64,000 bases of DNA from an uncultured virus (IMG/VR IMGVR_UViG_3300050019_000387) (Duplodnaviria > Heunggongvirae > Uroviricota > Caudoviricetes), in IMG/VR virus record IMGVR_UViG_3300050019_000387; one strand, 5' to 3'. Below the pieces are notes generated by a model. The model ran no database searches. It was not told the origin of the DNA and saw nothing but the letters and a program-made list of their open reading frames with translations. The translations under genes were made by a program, and so were the position numbers. Shown piece by piece: positions 48,205 to 57,652 of this stretch (positions are counted from its first letter, which is position 1; each line of letters starts with the position of its first letter).

Positions 48205-49902
48205 TCAGGCGGCGAGCGCCGCCTGCACTTCCGGCGCGGGTGCCGGTGGCGCGAGCGCTACGACGGTCGCTGGCGTGGTGTCGTAGAGGTCGCTGAAGCG
48301 CGGCACGAGGAGGTTGGGGTCGTTCTTGAGCGCGGCGGCGAGCGAGCGCTCGATCAGCCCACGGGTGAGCTTCCCCGGCGTGTTCTTCGTGCCGCCTGTG
48401 CGAAGGATCTGGCTGAGCAGGTCCGCTTTGATCCCGACGATCTCGCTCGCCGCCCGCTGTGTCCCGTACTGGCGGACCCGGCCCTGGAGCCAGGCGACGA
48501 ACGGTGTGGAGTCAACGAGCTCCGCCCGCATCACTTCATGGCCGCGTGCGAGCGCCGCCTCCCGCTCTGTGCGGGTGCGCTCGGAGTGCGCGAAGCACTT
48601 GCGCTCGCCGCGCATCGCGTAGTTCCCGCACGGGCGGCCGGTCGTCTTGCACGTCGCGTCGCAGAGCGGCTGCGTTCCTTTGCTCTTGCGGTAGCGGTGG
48701 CGCTCGTAGCGCAGGTCGCCGCGGTGAGCGGTCATGCCGTGACGCCAGTTCGTCGCCCGGGTCGCCTCGCGTTGTGAGCGGGCGGGCCACCCGTTCGTCT
48801 TGAAGACGCGGTGCAGCGTCAAGCCGAGCGACTTCGCGCTGGTGTTCTCGATCCGCGGGAACACCTCGAACAGGCGCCTTGCGGTGCGGTTGAAGCCCCA
48901 GCCGTCGAGGTAGTAGCGGTAGGCGGCCTCCCACACGAGCTCCGCCGGCAGTTTGCCTTGGTAGGCGTAGCCGGGGTCGCGGGTCTCAAGGTACGCCTCG
49001 ATCCGCTCGCGTTGGCGCTCCAGTAGTTGCGGGTTGTGCTTCAGCGTGCGCCCGTCGATGTCGAGCAGCACGCCGCGGCGATCGAGGCAGCCGCGGAGCC
49101 CTTCGCTGAGCGTGGACGGGCTCGCCCAGCGGCCGGGGTGGCGCTCGTGGAGGATACGCGCCGCGTCGAGCAGCACGAGATCGCAGTAGAGGTACAGGCG
49201 CATGGCCTCGCGCACGAACGTCTCGGGCAGCCCTTTGCGGCGCGCGTCGACGCCGGGCGGCTCGACCGGCTCGCCGGTGAGGCTGTCGAGGTCGGGCCGC
49301 TTGGACGGCGTGAGCCCCTTGAGCGCGACGCTCTTGCGCCGGCGGCGCCGTGTGTGCTTGCGCGGCGTGCCGGCGGGTTTGCGCGGCGGGCGGCCGGTCG
49401 CCTGTGTTCTGGGGCGCGAGATCGCGGTCTCACACCAGCCGCAGCGTCCGTCGAAGACGGGCACCTCGTCAGAGCAGGTGGGGCAGAACAGCTCCTGGGC
49501 GTCGGGGTCGGCTTCGCCGGCTTCGGGGTAGATCTCCCACACCGCGACGCCGGCGTGCTCGAGTGCGGCTTCGATCATCTCGGCGCTCGCCATGAACAGT
49601 CCGGTGCGCTCGTCGAGGGTGGCGCCGCGGCCGGGTTGGCGACGCCGCCAGCAGTACAGGCGCTTGCGCGGCCCATCAGCGGTCCAGGCGATGTCGCGCA
49701 GCAGGATCTCGAGTGCCCCGGTGTCTTTCGGCGGCTCAATGCCGCGTTCGCGGGCCTGGCGGCGAAGTTCCGTGTCGGTGGTGGTGATGCGCTGCTCCAC
49801 CCATGCGATGAACGGCGCGGCGTCGCGCATCTCCGGCCCAGCTTGCTTCTCCGGGTCGGGTGGTTGACGCTCGTCGGGGACGAGCGTCAGCGTTGAAGGC
49901 AC
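48205..49902 (-). CDS. Multi-domain putative DNA-binding protein (zinc fingers + several HTH-like units)
   Basis: CPTC...CGWC; CDATCKTTGRPC...CFAH; GTQRAASEIVGIKADLLSQIL (XRE-like); GTG with AAAGGAGG. Confidence 0.7.
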   Translation of the reverse strand: MPSTLTLVPDERQPPDPEKQAGPEMRDAAPFIAWVEQRITTTDTELRRQARERGIEPPKDTGALEILLRDIAWTADGPRKRLYCWRRRQPGRGATLDERTGLFMASAEMIEAALEHAGVAVWEIYPEAGEADPDAQELFCPTCSDEVPVFDGRCGWCETAISRPRTQATGRPPRKPAGTPRKHTRRRRRKSVALKGLTPSKRPDLDSLTGEPVEPPGVDARRKGLPETFVREAMRLYLYCDLVLLDAARILHERHPGRWASPSTLSEGLRGCLDRRGVLLDIDGRTLKHNPQLLERQRERIEAYLETRDPGYAYQGKLPAELVWEAAYRYYLDGWGFNRTARRLFEVFPRIENTSAKSLGLTLHRVFKTNGWPARSQREATRATNWRHGMTAHRGDLRYERHRYRKSKGTQPLCDATCKTTGRPCGNYAMRGERKCFAHSERTRTEREAALARGHEVMRAELVDSTPFVAWLQGRVRQYGTQRAASEIVGIKADLLSQILRTGGTKNTPGKLTRGLIERSLAAALKNDPNLLVPRFSDLYDTTPATVVALAPPAPAPEVQAALAA

Positions 49903-49987
49903 GGTGGGCCTCCTTTCAGTTGGGGTGCCGGGGAAGGCGTGGGCATCGGCGGCCTATCGCCGTGCCCACGCCTCTGCCCCCGGGCGA

Positions 49988-50782
49988 CTACAGGAGTGGC
50001 ATTTGCTCGCCGACGGCGAGGCCGGCGTGCTCGTCAATGCCGTCGACGTCGGCCTCGGTTGGCCAGCGCGGGAGCGGGCACGGCAGCCGCCGCTCCGCTC
50101 GGGCGGCGACGCGCATCGTGATGTCACCGTTGGGGTCGGCGTTGCCCCAGTGCTCGTGTGGCTCCCACGCCAGGTGAAACTCGCCGAGCCCGGGGGCCTG
50201 GACGGTGTGGCTGGTGTTGTGGGTGTCGTAGGAGCCGGTGTAGACGCAAGCGCCCTGGTGGACTCGTTCTCCGCCGTCGGCGGTGGAGTCGTAGATCGAG
50301 GCGGTCGCGATCACGAGCTCGCCGGTGTGCGGCCAGCCGCGGCCGCAGCACAGTGCGTCGCGGGTTTCGAAAAGGGCGGTGCGCTGCTCGTTTGCCGTTG
50401 AGCGGATCGCCTCGCGCGCCTCGCCGCCGCGGGTGACGCGCAGCGCCGCGGTCGACGCGAGGTCGCCTTCGACCTGCAGGCGCATCAGCGCGTGGCATTC
50501 GCGCTCGGCGCGGTCCATGTCGAGCGCGCAGTGCTCGCGCAACCGCTCAACCGCGGCGTTGACGTCGGCGAGCCGTTCGTGCTCGAGCTCGACGACATCG
50601 CTCGGCAGCTCGCGCGGGCGCCGTGAGCGCTGGTTGTCGATCACAGCGCACCACGCCGGGAAGTGCCGGGCTTCGGCTTCACGGACCTGCTGGCAGAGCG
50701 TGAGCGTGTCCGTTCGTACGCCGGCCGCTGGGGCGGTGACCGCCGCGACCGCTCGGGGTTCGCCGGTCAGCGCTGCGTCCAC
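49988..50782 (-). CDS. Hypothetical protein (start uncertain)
   Basis: GC3-rich frame ending GEQMPLL; nearest GTG at 50782. Confidence 0.55.
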   Translation of the reverse strand: MDAALTGEPRAVAAVTAPAAGVRTDTLTLCQQVREAEARHFPAWCAVIDNQRSRRPRELPSDVVELEHERLADVNAAVERLREHCALDMDRAERECHALMRLQVEGDLASTAALRVTRGGEAREAIRSTANEQRTALFETRDALCCGRGWPHTGELVIATASIYDSTADGGERVHQGACVYTGSYDTHNTSHTVQAPGLGEFHLAWEPHEHWGNADPNGDITMRVAARAERRLPCPLPRWPTEADVDGIDEHAGLAVGEQMPLL

Positions 50783-51021
50783 TCGAGGACATCCCCGGGC
50801 TCCCGCTGGTAGCAGGCGCGGATCATGTCGTCGAGGGTGGTGGTCGGGTCGCGCAGGTACTCGGCGGTCGCGTTGATCTGCAGGTTCAGTAGATCCCGCT
50901 GGCCCTCGTCGCCGGCCTTGACCCTGGTCAGGATGTCCTCGGCGGCATGGTTGGCAGCCACCTCGATTTCCGTCCCGGTGAAGCGGCGCTCGCTGCGGCC
51001 GGGCTGTGCGGGGGCGCTCAC
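50767..51021 (-). CDS. Small hypothetical protein
   Basis: GTGA-coupled to csrA. Confidence 0.65.
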   Translation of the reverse strand: MSAPAQPGRSERRFTGTEIEVAANHAAEDILTRVKAGDEGQRDLLNLQINATAEYLRDPTTTLDDMIRACYQREPGDVLEWTQR

Positions 51022-51209
51022 GCCGCGCACGGGAGCGTGTCGGCGTCAGCCTGTGGGGGTGGCGGGGCGAGCTCACCGCGCAGGATCCGCGTTGTCCGTG
51101 GGGCGTCGATACCGAGCCTCACCTGTCCGCCGTCGACGCGGCAGACTGTGATGCGAACGTCGTTTCCGATCTCGATCGTTTCGTTGGTGCGGCGGGTCAG
51201 AACGAGCAT
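51018..51209 (-). CDS. csrA: Carbon storage regulator CsrA/RsmA-family RNA-binding protein
   Basis: MLVLTRRTNETIEIGNDVRITVCRVDGGQVRLGIDAPRTTRILRGEL is the canonical CsrA pattern. Confidence 0.93.
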   Translation of the reverse strand: MLVLTRRTNETIEIGNDVRITVCRVDGGQVRLGIDAPRTTRILRGELAPPPPQADADTLPCAA

Positions 51210-51305
51210 CTCGTTCACCCTTCCTTTCTCACCTTGCGGCGTCTGTGGGTTGGTCGCGGCGCGCACCCGCGGGTTGGCCGGTGCGCGCCGCAGCATTGGT
51301 TCAGG

Positions 51306-51617
51306 TCAGTCCTCGCCGAGCAGGTCGTCCTCCTCGTCGCCGAGCTCGCGATCGTCGTCGTCGTCGACTTCGTCGTCGGGGTCCTCGTCGTCGTGCTCGT
51401 TGATCGCGAACGCGGCGTCGCCGACGACCTCCGAGAGGCTGGTGTGCTCGAGGTTCTCGCGCAGCTGCACGAGGTCGGTGTCCTCCTCTGCGTAGCGGCG
51501 CACAAGCGTGCCGAGCGCGAGGACCTCGGCCGGGTCATCGCCGTCCTCGAGGATGTCGCGGACGGTGATGCGGAGCTTTTTGAGCGCGTCGCTGACGTGC
51601 GGGTCGTTGGCTTCCAT
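51306..51617 (-). CDS. Small, highly acidic hypothetical protein
   Basis: 103 aa, D/E-rich tail, GAAGGAG RBS. Confidence 0.75.
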   Translation of the reverse strand: MEANDPHVSDALKKLRITVRDILEDGDDPAEVLALGTLVRRYAEEDTDLVQLRENLEHTSLSEVVGDAAFAINEHDDEDPDDEVDDDDDRELGDEEDDLLGED

Positions 51618-52215
51618 AAGGGGTCTCCTTCAGCACCCCGCCGCAGCGAGGGTCGAGTCGGGTCAGGTCGGGGGTGGCGGTCAGCCCCCACGGGCTTGTG
51701 GTCAGGCGGCCGATGTCCTCGAGGAAGCACACCTGCACCGGCGGGAGGTCGGGGTTGGCGGCCCAGGCGCTGTGCAGGTCGGCGGCGTAGGCGCGAGCCA
51801 TTTCCTCGCCGAGTTCGCGGTCGCTGTCGCCGAGAAAATCCTCGAGGTCGTTGCGCTCGTCCTGCGCGAGCGGGACAAGGCGCGCTTCGAGGTGCACGAT
51901 CTCGCCAGCGCCGCGGTCGATCAGCCGCTCGAGCACGACGGCGCCGCGCGCGTAGCGGCTGGTGTACGCGGCGAGCTCGTCGTTGAGCATGACCCGCTCG
52001 CTGTCGTCGAGCTCGCCGGGGACCAGCCAGCCGACGCCGCGCGGGCTGTCGGTCAGCTCGACGGACTGGCTTATGGCGAGGATGTCCACCTCGCCGTCGA
52101 CGCGGTCCTGGGTGATGGTCGTCGCCAATGCGACGACGCTGCCCGGCGAGGATGCGTCGCGCTGGGCGGCCGGGGTCGGGGCGTGTGTCGGGTTGGGGAT
52201 GGTCAGGGTGTTCAT
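51535..52215 (-). CDS. Hypothetical protein (3' end overlaps the next gene, uncertain)
   Basis: GGAGG RBS; GC3-rich to about 51700. Confidence 0.6.
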   Translation of the reverse strand: MNTLTIPNPTHAPTPAAQRDASSPGSVVALATTITQDRVDGEVDILAISQSVELTDSPRGVGWLVPGELDDSERVMLNDELAAYTSRYARGAVVLERLIDRGAGEIVHLEARLVPLAQDERNDLEDFLGDSDRELGEEMARAYAADLHSAWAANPDLPPVQVCFLEDIGRLTTSPWGLTATPDLTRLDPRCGGVLKETPYGSQRPARQRRAQKAPHHRPRHPRGRR

Positions 52216-52279
52216 TTGGAACCTCCGTGTTGTTGGTGGCGCCTTGTTGGCGCGGAATTGGATGTGCTGCGTGGCGCGA

Positions 52280-52780
52280 TCAGGCGCCGGTGCGCAGCGC
52301 GCGGGCGAGCAGCCGCTCGCCGCTCTGGATCGCTTCGCGGACCTCGCGGTTTCCTTCCTGGTGCTCCTCGGCGACGTCGAGGAGCAGGCGCAGCGCGCCC
52401 CGCTCGCCGGGCCCCAGCGCGACGGGCTGCAAAGTGCCCTCGTCGGGGAGGTCCGGCGCGAAGGTGATCACGACCGTGTTGGTGGCCTCGTGGCGGGTGT
52501 TGGTGTCGAGGTCGATGATCGCTTCGGGGCGTTCGCGGATCTCGCTGGAGGCGAGCTCGCTGAGCGTCGCGAGCAGCTCGCGGGGGCTGTCGTCGCAGAA
52601 CAGCGTGCGTTCGTCGGCGTGCTCGGTGATCGCGACGTATCGCGGGCACTCGATCGCTTCGGGGTCGTTGGTCGGCTGCTCGAGGAGTTCCTCGATGTCA
52701 CCGCGGCCGTAGCTCTGTGTCGTGTGGGTCTCGGCGAGCTGGCGCAGGCGCGCGAGCCGCTGCTGGTAGTTGGTGGGCAT
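52280..52780 (-). CDS. Hypothetical protein
   Basis: ATG at 52780 with AAGGAGG. Confidence 0.75.
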   Translation of the reverse strand: MPTNYQQRLARLRQLAETHTTQSYGRGDIEELLEQPTNDPEAIECPRYVAITEHADERTLFCDDSPRELLATLSELASSEIRERPEAIIDLDTNTRHEATNTVVITFAPDLPDEGTLQPVALGPGERGALRLLLDVAEEHQEGNREVREAIQSGERLLARALRTGA

Positions 52781-52920
52781 GTCGTCCTCCTTGGAGTTGG
52801 GTGCACCTGGGGTGCAAGTCAGGGCTGCTTGTTGAGCAGGCGCTACGACTGCGACAGCGGCGGGCTGCCACCCGGCGGCTCGCCCGCGGCGTGTGTTCTC
52901 AGCCGGACGGCGCTGTGGGC

Positions 52921-53322
52921 TCAGAAGACAGCGAGGCCGCCGTCCTCGGCGGCGCGCAGCGCGAGGACCGCGATAGTCGCGGCGAAATCGAGGCCAGGCG
53001 CGGGGTCGATCCCGTCGATCGGGAGGTAGCAGGCGACTATGTCCTCTGCGGTGGCCGACCGTAGTGCGCGGGCGACCGTGGCGCATTGGTCGGGCGCGAG
53101 GTCTCCGGGCCCGGGTGGCGGCGCGACGCCCTGACTGAAGATGTGCTTGGGCAGATGCGGTGCGAGCCGCTCGAGCAGCGCGTCAAGGAACCACGCGTCT
53201 ACATTCCCGCCGCGCCAGGCTCGGCCGTCGGCCGTCGCTGTGCGGTAGCGCTCGAGGCGGTCGGGGTCTTTCTTGTCGTGTAGCGCGTCGCGGATGGTGA
53301 CGGTGGTGACACTGATGCCCAT
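52921..53322 (-). CDS. Hypothetical protein
   Basis: ATG at 53322 with GAGGAG; alternative in-frame TTG at 53406 has its own RBS. Confidence 0.7.
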   Translation of the reverse strand: MGISVTTVTIRDALHDKKDPDRLERYRTATADGRAWRGGNVDAWFLDALLERLAPHLPKHIFSQGVAPPPGPGDLAPDQCATVARALRSATAEDIVACYLPIDGIDPAPGLDFAATIAVLALRAAEDGGLAVF

Positions 53323-53441
53323 GATGGGTCTCCTCTCAGGTTGTGTCGGCGCAGCCGCGGCATTGCGCTGATGGCTGGTTGAAGCGGTCGTCGCGGTGAA
53401 GGACAACTTGAACCTCCTTTCTGTGATCGTCGGCTGGGGGC

Positions 53442-53672
53442 TTACTCCTTGTTTGTTTGCTTGTCGTGGGTGGCGGCCTCTTGCTGGCTGCGCTCGCAGC
53501 GCCCGCATGCCTCGTCGGGGTAGTTCGTCCACGGGTGGTCGTGCTCGGGCTTGGGCTGGCAGGTCCAGCGCAACCCTGCTCGCTCAGCGAGGGTGTTGAG
53601 GATCGCCAGCTCGTCGTCTTTGGCGACTTCGTACATCTGCGCGACTTGGTCGCGGTCGAGTACCAGGGTCAT
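53442..53672 (-). CDS. Small Cys/His-containing hypothetical protein
   Basis: ATG at 53672 with AAAGGAG; WTC...H...CGRC. Confidence 0.7.
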   Translation of the reverse strand: MTLVLDRDQVAQMYEVAKDDELAILNTLAERAGLRWTCQPKPEHDHPWTNYPDEACGRCERSQQEAATHDKQTNKE

Positions 53673-54061
53673 ATTCTGCTGCTCCTTTTCGCACGCGTGC
53701 GTGGCGTGTCGCGTTGCTGGTTGGTGGTGTTCAGTGGACTGGCGTGAGGTACGGTGCTCGCGGCGTAGCGTTGCTCGGCCCACGCGAGCAGTTCGGTTGC
53801 GTCCTTTGCATCAGCGGCGGTCGGGTACACGAGCGAGTTCGCGGCGACGGTGAAGCACGCGAGCGGGAGCTGTTGCTCGCCTACTGCCGCACGCCACGTC
53901 TCGGCGAGGGTGATTGCGGCGCGGGCTGCGTCGCGCGGATCGTCGTGGCTTTCGATGGGATCGCTGAGCGCTCCGGGACTCATGAAGTCAAGCTCGGTGG
54001 CGATCTCGACGGCGAACGCGCCGTCGTCGTAGATGTAGCTTTGGCGGGAGACGTAGAACAC
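53669..54061 (-). CDS. Hypothetical protein
   Basis: GTG at 54061 with AAAGGAG. Confidence 0.7.
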   Translation of the reverse strand: MFYVSRQSYIYDDGAFAVEIATELDFMSPGALSDPIESHDDPRDAARAAITLAETWRAAVGEQQLPLACFTVAANSLVYPTAADAKDATELLAWAEQRYAASTVPHASPLNTTNQQRDTPRTRAKRSSRI

Positions 54062-54254
54062 GCCCGCTCCTTTCGCTGTCAGGGATCTTCGGGCCCGGCG
54101 CGCCGTGGTTAGGGGCGCCTGTCGGTCTGTCCGGTTCTGGGTTGTTGCGCTGGCTGGCCGCAGGACGCTTGCAGCTAGCGCGCGTCGTGCCGGGGCTGGC
54201 GCCGCAGCAACTGAGCCGGTCTCGCGCACAGCGCGAGGTTGGTGGTCTCGCTGC

Positions 54255-55184
54255 TCAGCTGGCGAGAGCGCGCAGCTCGGCGAGCAGCCCGCCGAGCGTG
54301 TCCTGGTTGCTCTGCTCGTCGGCGGTGAGGGTCTGCTCGAGCAGTTCGATCGCGCGCCGGATTCTGGCGCGGTCAACGATCAGCGGAGTGTCGATCGGGT
54401 CGGCCGCCCACTCCTTGGGCAGTCGGTTGAGCTCGGCGAAATGCCAGTGCTCGCGGTGCAGCTCACGGCAGTCCAGAGCGACTTCCTCGATGTCGAGCAG
54501 CGGGCCGTAGGCGTGTGTGCCCTCGGCGCCCTCACCGACGAGCAGCATGAGGGCGCCGCGTTCTGTGCCGCTCGGGTTGCCGGGTGTGCTCGGCGCTCTC
54601 GGCTGTGCGGCGAGCGCCGGGTTTCTTGTGGTCCTGCAGTCCATGTGTGTATCCGCCATGGGGTGGCTCCTTTCTTTGTTGCAGAGGTATTTGCGGCTCG
54701 CCGCGGCGGGTGCCCCGATCGAGATTTCACTCAACGGCGGGATCGGGTTCTGTTTCAACTCGTCCGGCAGTTTTTGCACCCACGCCACGCCCTCATCGGT
54801 CTGCAACCCGTGGCTGATCGTCATCTCCGGCTCGTAGTCGTGGGCGTACCGGAGCAGCTTTGTCGCGACACCTCGCCCTCGAGCGTCCGGGTTGACTTCG
54901 ACGTGCGCGATCACAGCGTCCTTGCCCGTAGTGTTGAGCGATAGGAGTCCTAGCCGTTCACCAGTCTGGGGATCCTCTGCGCTGAAGGTGTAGTTGTAGC
55001 CGCCGGGTACAGTGTCGCCGCCAGTGCTGAAGTGCAGCCCGTATCGGGCATCTTCCTCGGCCGGGGTCCACTGCCACGCGGGGTTGATCTTTGGCGTCGT
55101 CGCCGCTACGGGGGCTGTGTCGTGCTCGGCGAGCGCGTTGAGCGGCTCGCGCGTGCGCTTGGCCGCGAGGTCATCGGGAAGCAT
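54255..55184 (-). CDS. GNAT-family acetyltransferase, in frame with a second domain that has its own RBS and ATG at 54659
   Basis: IAHVEVNPDARGRGVATKLL (acetyl-CoA motif A), TDEGVAW. Confidence 0.7.
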   Translation of the reverse strand: MLPDDLAAKRTREPLNALAEHDTAPVAATTPKINPAWQWTPAEEDARYGLHFSTGGDTVPGGYNYTFSAEDPQTGERLGLLSLNTTGKDAVIAHVEVNPDARGRGVATKLLRYAHDYEPEMTISHGLQTDEGVAWVQKLPDELKQNPIPPLSEISIGAPAAASRKYLCNKERSHPMADTHMDCRTTRNPALAAQPRAPSTPGNPSGTERGALMLLVGEGAEGTHAYGPLLDIEEVALDCRELHREHWHFAELNRLPKEWAADPIDTPLIVDRARIRRAIELLEQTLTADEQSNQDTLGGLLAELRALAS

Positions 55185-55221
55185 CGGTGTCCTTTCCGTG
55201 TAGGAGGTGTGTCGGGGGCGG

Positions 55222-56127
55222 TTAGATGCCGAGGGCGAGCTGGACGTCGCGGGCCGGGGGGTGGCGTGCCTGCTCAGCGGCAAGCAGGTCGCGCTCGCGC
55301 CGATGGGCGGCGAGGAGTCCCTCAAGGTCAGCGACTTGCCAGTCGCGCTCGCGGACTCGGGTTCGGATCTCCTCGGCGAGCCGGTCGGCGCTGCCGGCGG
55401 CCTTGACTGCCCACATGAACTCGCGCTCGTGATCGGCGACCCTCAGCAGCCCGGCGTCGTGTAGGGCGGTGAGGGCCTGGTAGTCGGGGTTGGTGTGCGC
55501 GAGCAACCAGGGCGTTCCGACCCCACTTTCGCTGGCGGATGTCGGCTTCGGCCACGCGCGGCGCAGCGCGTCGGGGAGGTCTTTGAGCGTTCGCTGCCTG
55601 CTGCCGGCGGGCCTCCAGGCGGGGCCAGCGACGGGGATCTGCAACAGCTCGCCGGTGTGTACGTCGAGAACTTCCCGCTCCTCGCAGCTGCCGCCGAGGT
55701 AGCAGACGAGGCGCTCACCGTGGTCTCTGTGCTCAAGGCGCCAGATGCTGTAGAGCGAGCCAGGCCCGCTGTCGGGCCACGGCAGGTAGCGATCTCCCCA
55801 ACGGCGAGTCCACATCGGCGCTGCCCCGCACGCGGGCCGTGGGATTTCGCACTCCTGACGCTTGCCTTCCCCGTCCCCGTATTCCCACGGGGTGAAGCTC
55901 ATGCCGCGAAGCCCGTCTCCGGGGCGGTGGCGCTGCTTGCAGGTACCGCATGCGTACAGGCCCTGCTCGTCGGTCAAGGGCACCGGGCAGCGGCCGGGGT
56001 CCTCGACATCGATGAACGTGCCGCCCAGACCCCACGCCGGTGTGACCTGGCCGTTGGTGTGCTCGCGCCAGTAGTGGCCGTGGGGGCAGCGGTGCTCGAG
56101 CGTGTCGTTGCTAAAAACGTCGCTCAT
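55222..56127 (-). CDS. Hypothetical Cys/His/Trp-rich protein
   Basis: 301 aa; CPHGH, CGTCKQRH; TGATG coupling. Confidence 0.75.
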   Translation of the reverse strand: MSDVFSNDTLEHRCPHGHYWREHTNGQVTPAWGLGGTFIDVEDPGRCPVPLTDEQGLYACGTCKQRHRPGDGLRGMSFTPWEYGDGEGKRQECEIPRPACGAAPMWTRRWGDRYLPWPDSGPGSLYSIWRLEHRDHGERLVCYLGGSCEEREVLDVHTGELLQIPVAGPAWRPAGSRQRTLKDLPDALRRAWPKPTSASESGVGTPWLLAHTNPDYQALTALHDAGLLRVADHEREFMWAVKAAGSADRLAEEIRTRVRERDWQVADLEGLLAAHRRERDLLAAEQARHPPARDVQLALGI

Positions 56128-56849
56128 CAGGTGTGCTCGATCAGCCGGCGGACGAGCGTGTCAAGGTCGCTTGCTGCGAGCGCGCCGATGAATGCTTGGC
56201 GTGTGATGGGGTCTAGCCCGTGGCGCTCGGCGGCTTCGAGCAGCAGCTCGCCGACGCGCGTAGCGGCGATGGTGAGGGAGTCGCTGACGGCGGTTGCGGT
56301 GCGTGTGCCGTCGACGGCGAGCGACAGCCACCCATCGAGGGTCTCGGCGAGCTCGTAGAGGGCGTCGTGCTCGGCGTCGTTGCTCTCGCCGTCCAGTGCG
56401 CGTTGGGCGCTCGCGAGCGCGGCAGCGATCTCAGCGGCGCCGATCAGTAGCGAGGGGGTGCCGTCGAGTGGCGTCACGGCCAGTGCGACGGCGGAGGCGA
56501 TCATGTCGAGCATCCCCTGGATGTGCGCGTCTTCGTCGTAGCGCAGCACGCCAAAGAGGAGCTGCGGGGTCGGCAACTCGTGATCGATCGCGACTGTCTC
56601 GACGCGGTATGAGGGGCCGCGCTCACCGGGGATGGGTGGTGCGGCACGCTCGAAGACCTCGCCACAGAGCCTGATCGAGCAGTGGCGCGGCTGGAAGTTG
56701 CAGGCGATCGCGAAGAGCGTCGTGTGGTCGGAGCCACGACGGACGTAGACCGTGTGGTGTGTGATGAGGCACTCGACGTTCTCGGCTCCGGGGCCGGCGG
56801 TCGCGGCACGCTCGATTCGGTCGAGCAGCTGCGATTCAAAACTCTCCAT
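56127..56849 (-). CDS. Hypothetical protein
   Basis: 240 aa, GAAAGGA RBS. Confidence 0.75.
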   Translation of the reverse strand: MESFESQLLDRIERAATAGPGAENVECLITHHTVYVRRGSDHTTLFAIACNFQPRHCSIRLCGEVFERAAPPIPGERGPSYRVETVAIDHELPTPQLLFGVLRYDEDAHIQGMLDMIASAVALAVTPLDGTPSLLIGAAEIAAALASAQRALDGESNDAEHDALYELAETLDGWLSLAVDGTRTATAVSDSLTIAATRVGELLLEAAERHGLDPITRQAFIGALAASDLDTLVRRLIEHT

Positions 56850-56898
56850 GTGATTCCTTTCGCTAGGGCGTCGGCGGGTGCGCCGACATGGAGCGGTT

Positions 56899-56930
56899 CG
56901 GCGTGCCGAGGCACGGTGCCCGGCACGCCG
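56899..56930. other. Intergenic hairpin (possible terminator or ssDNA structure)
   Basis: CGGCGTGCCG...CGGCACGCCG arms enclosing GGCAC-G-GTGCC. Confidence 0.6.
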
Positions 56931-56935
56931 TGGTG

Positions 56936-57364
56936 TCAGCGTCTGGCGGCGGCAAAGCGCTCGGCGACTACCTCGGACGCTGGTCGCTCTTCGGACGCGA
57001 GGACGGCTTCGAGCGCGACTTCGACGCCGCCGAGCGTGTCGTGGTCGTCGGGGCAGATCTTGCTGACCGCAGCCCTAAGCAACAGGTCGATGAGCCTGTG
57101 GCTGTCGGCCACTGTTGGGCGTGGGTACTCGCCGGGCGTGAGGGCGCCCGGGGGTGCGCTCACGGCGTCAAGCGCGATTTGGAAGCCCCTGCGCCTCGCG
57201 CGGTCGCTCGGCTCGAGTTCTGAGTCGGGGAGCTCGCGAGGCTCACTGGTCTCTGGGTCGACGATCTCGCGGGGCTCGACCGATCCGTCGGCTCCTATCA
57301 GCATCAGCACGATCAGCTCTTGCGGGTCCTCGCTGGCGAGCCGCAGGCGGGGGAACTCAGGCAT
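56936..57364 (-). CDS. Hypothetical protein
   Basis: 142 aa, GAAGGA RBS. Confidence 0.7.
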   Translation of the reverse strand: MPEFPRLRLASEDPQELIVLMLIGADGSVEPREIVDPETSEPRELPDSELEPSDRARRRGFQIALDAVSAPPGALTPGEYPRPTVADSHRLIDLLLRAAVSKICPDDHDTLGGVEVALEAVLASEERPASEVVAERFAAARR

Positions 57365-57652
57365 GTGTTTTCCTTCCCTTGGGGACGAGGTGTTTGGCGG
57401 CCGTCATCGGCGCGCTGGGTTGAAGTGCGGCTGGTAGTCGGGGCCGCGGCGTTCGCGGCTCAGTCGGCCGCGCGGGTTCTCTCATCAGCACCGCCGGGTC
57501 CGCGCAGGCGCGGGTTTGACCTATACGGCGGCGGCTACGGCTCGAAGATCGGCGGCGTGTCGGAGATTTCAAACCCGCCCACACGGGCGATCTGCGCCAG
57601 CTGCTGGCGTGGGTGTGGTGCGCGCGCTACTTCGGCGCATCGTTTCGCGGGC

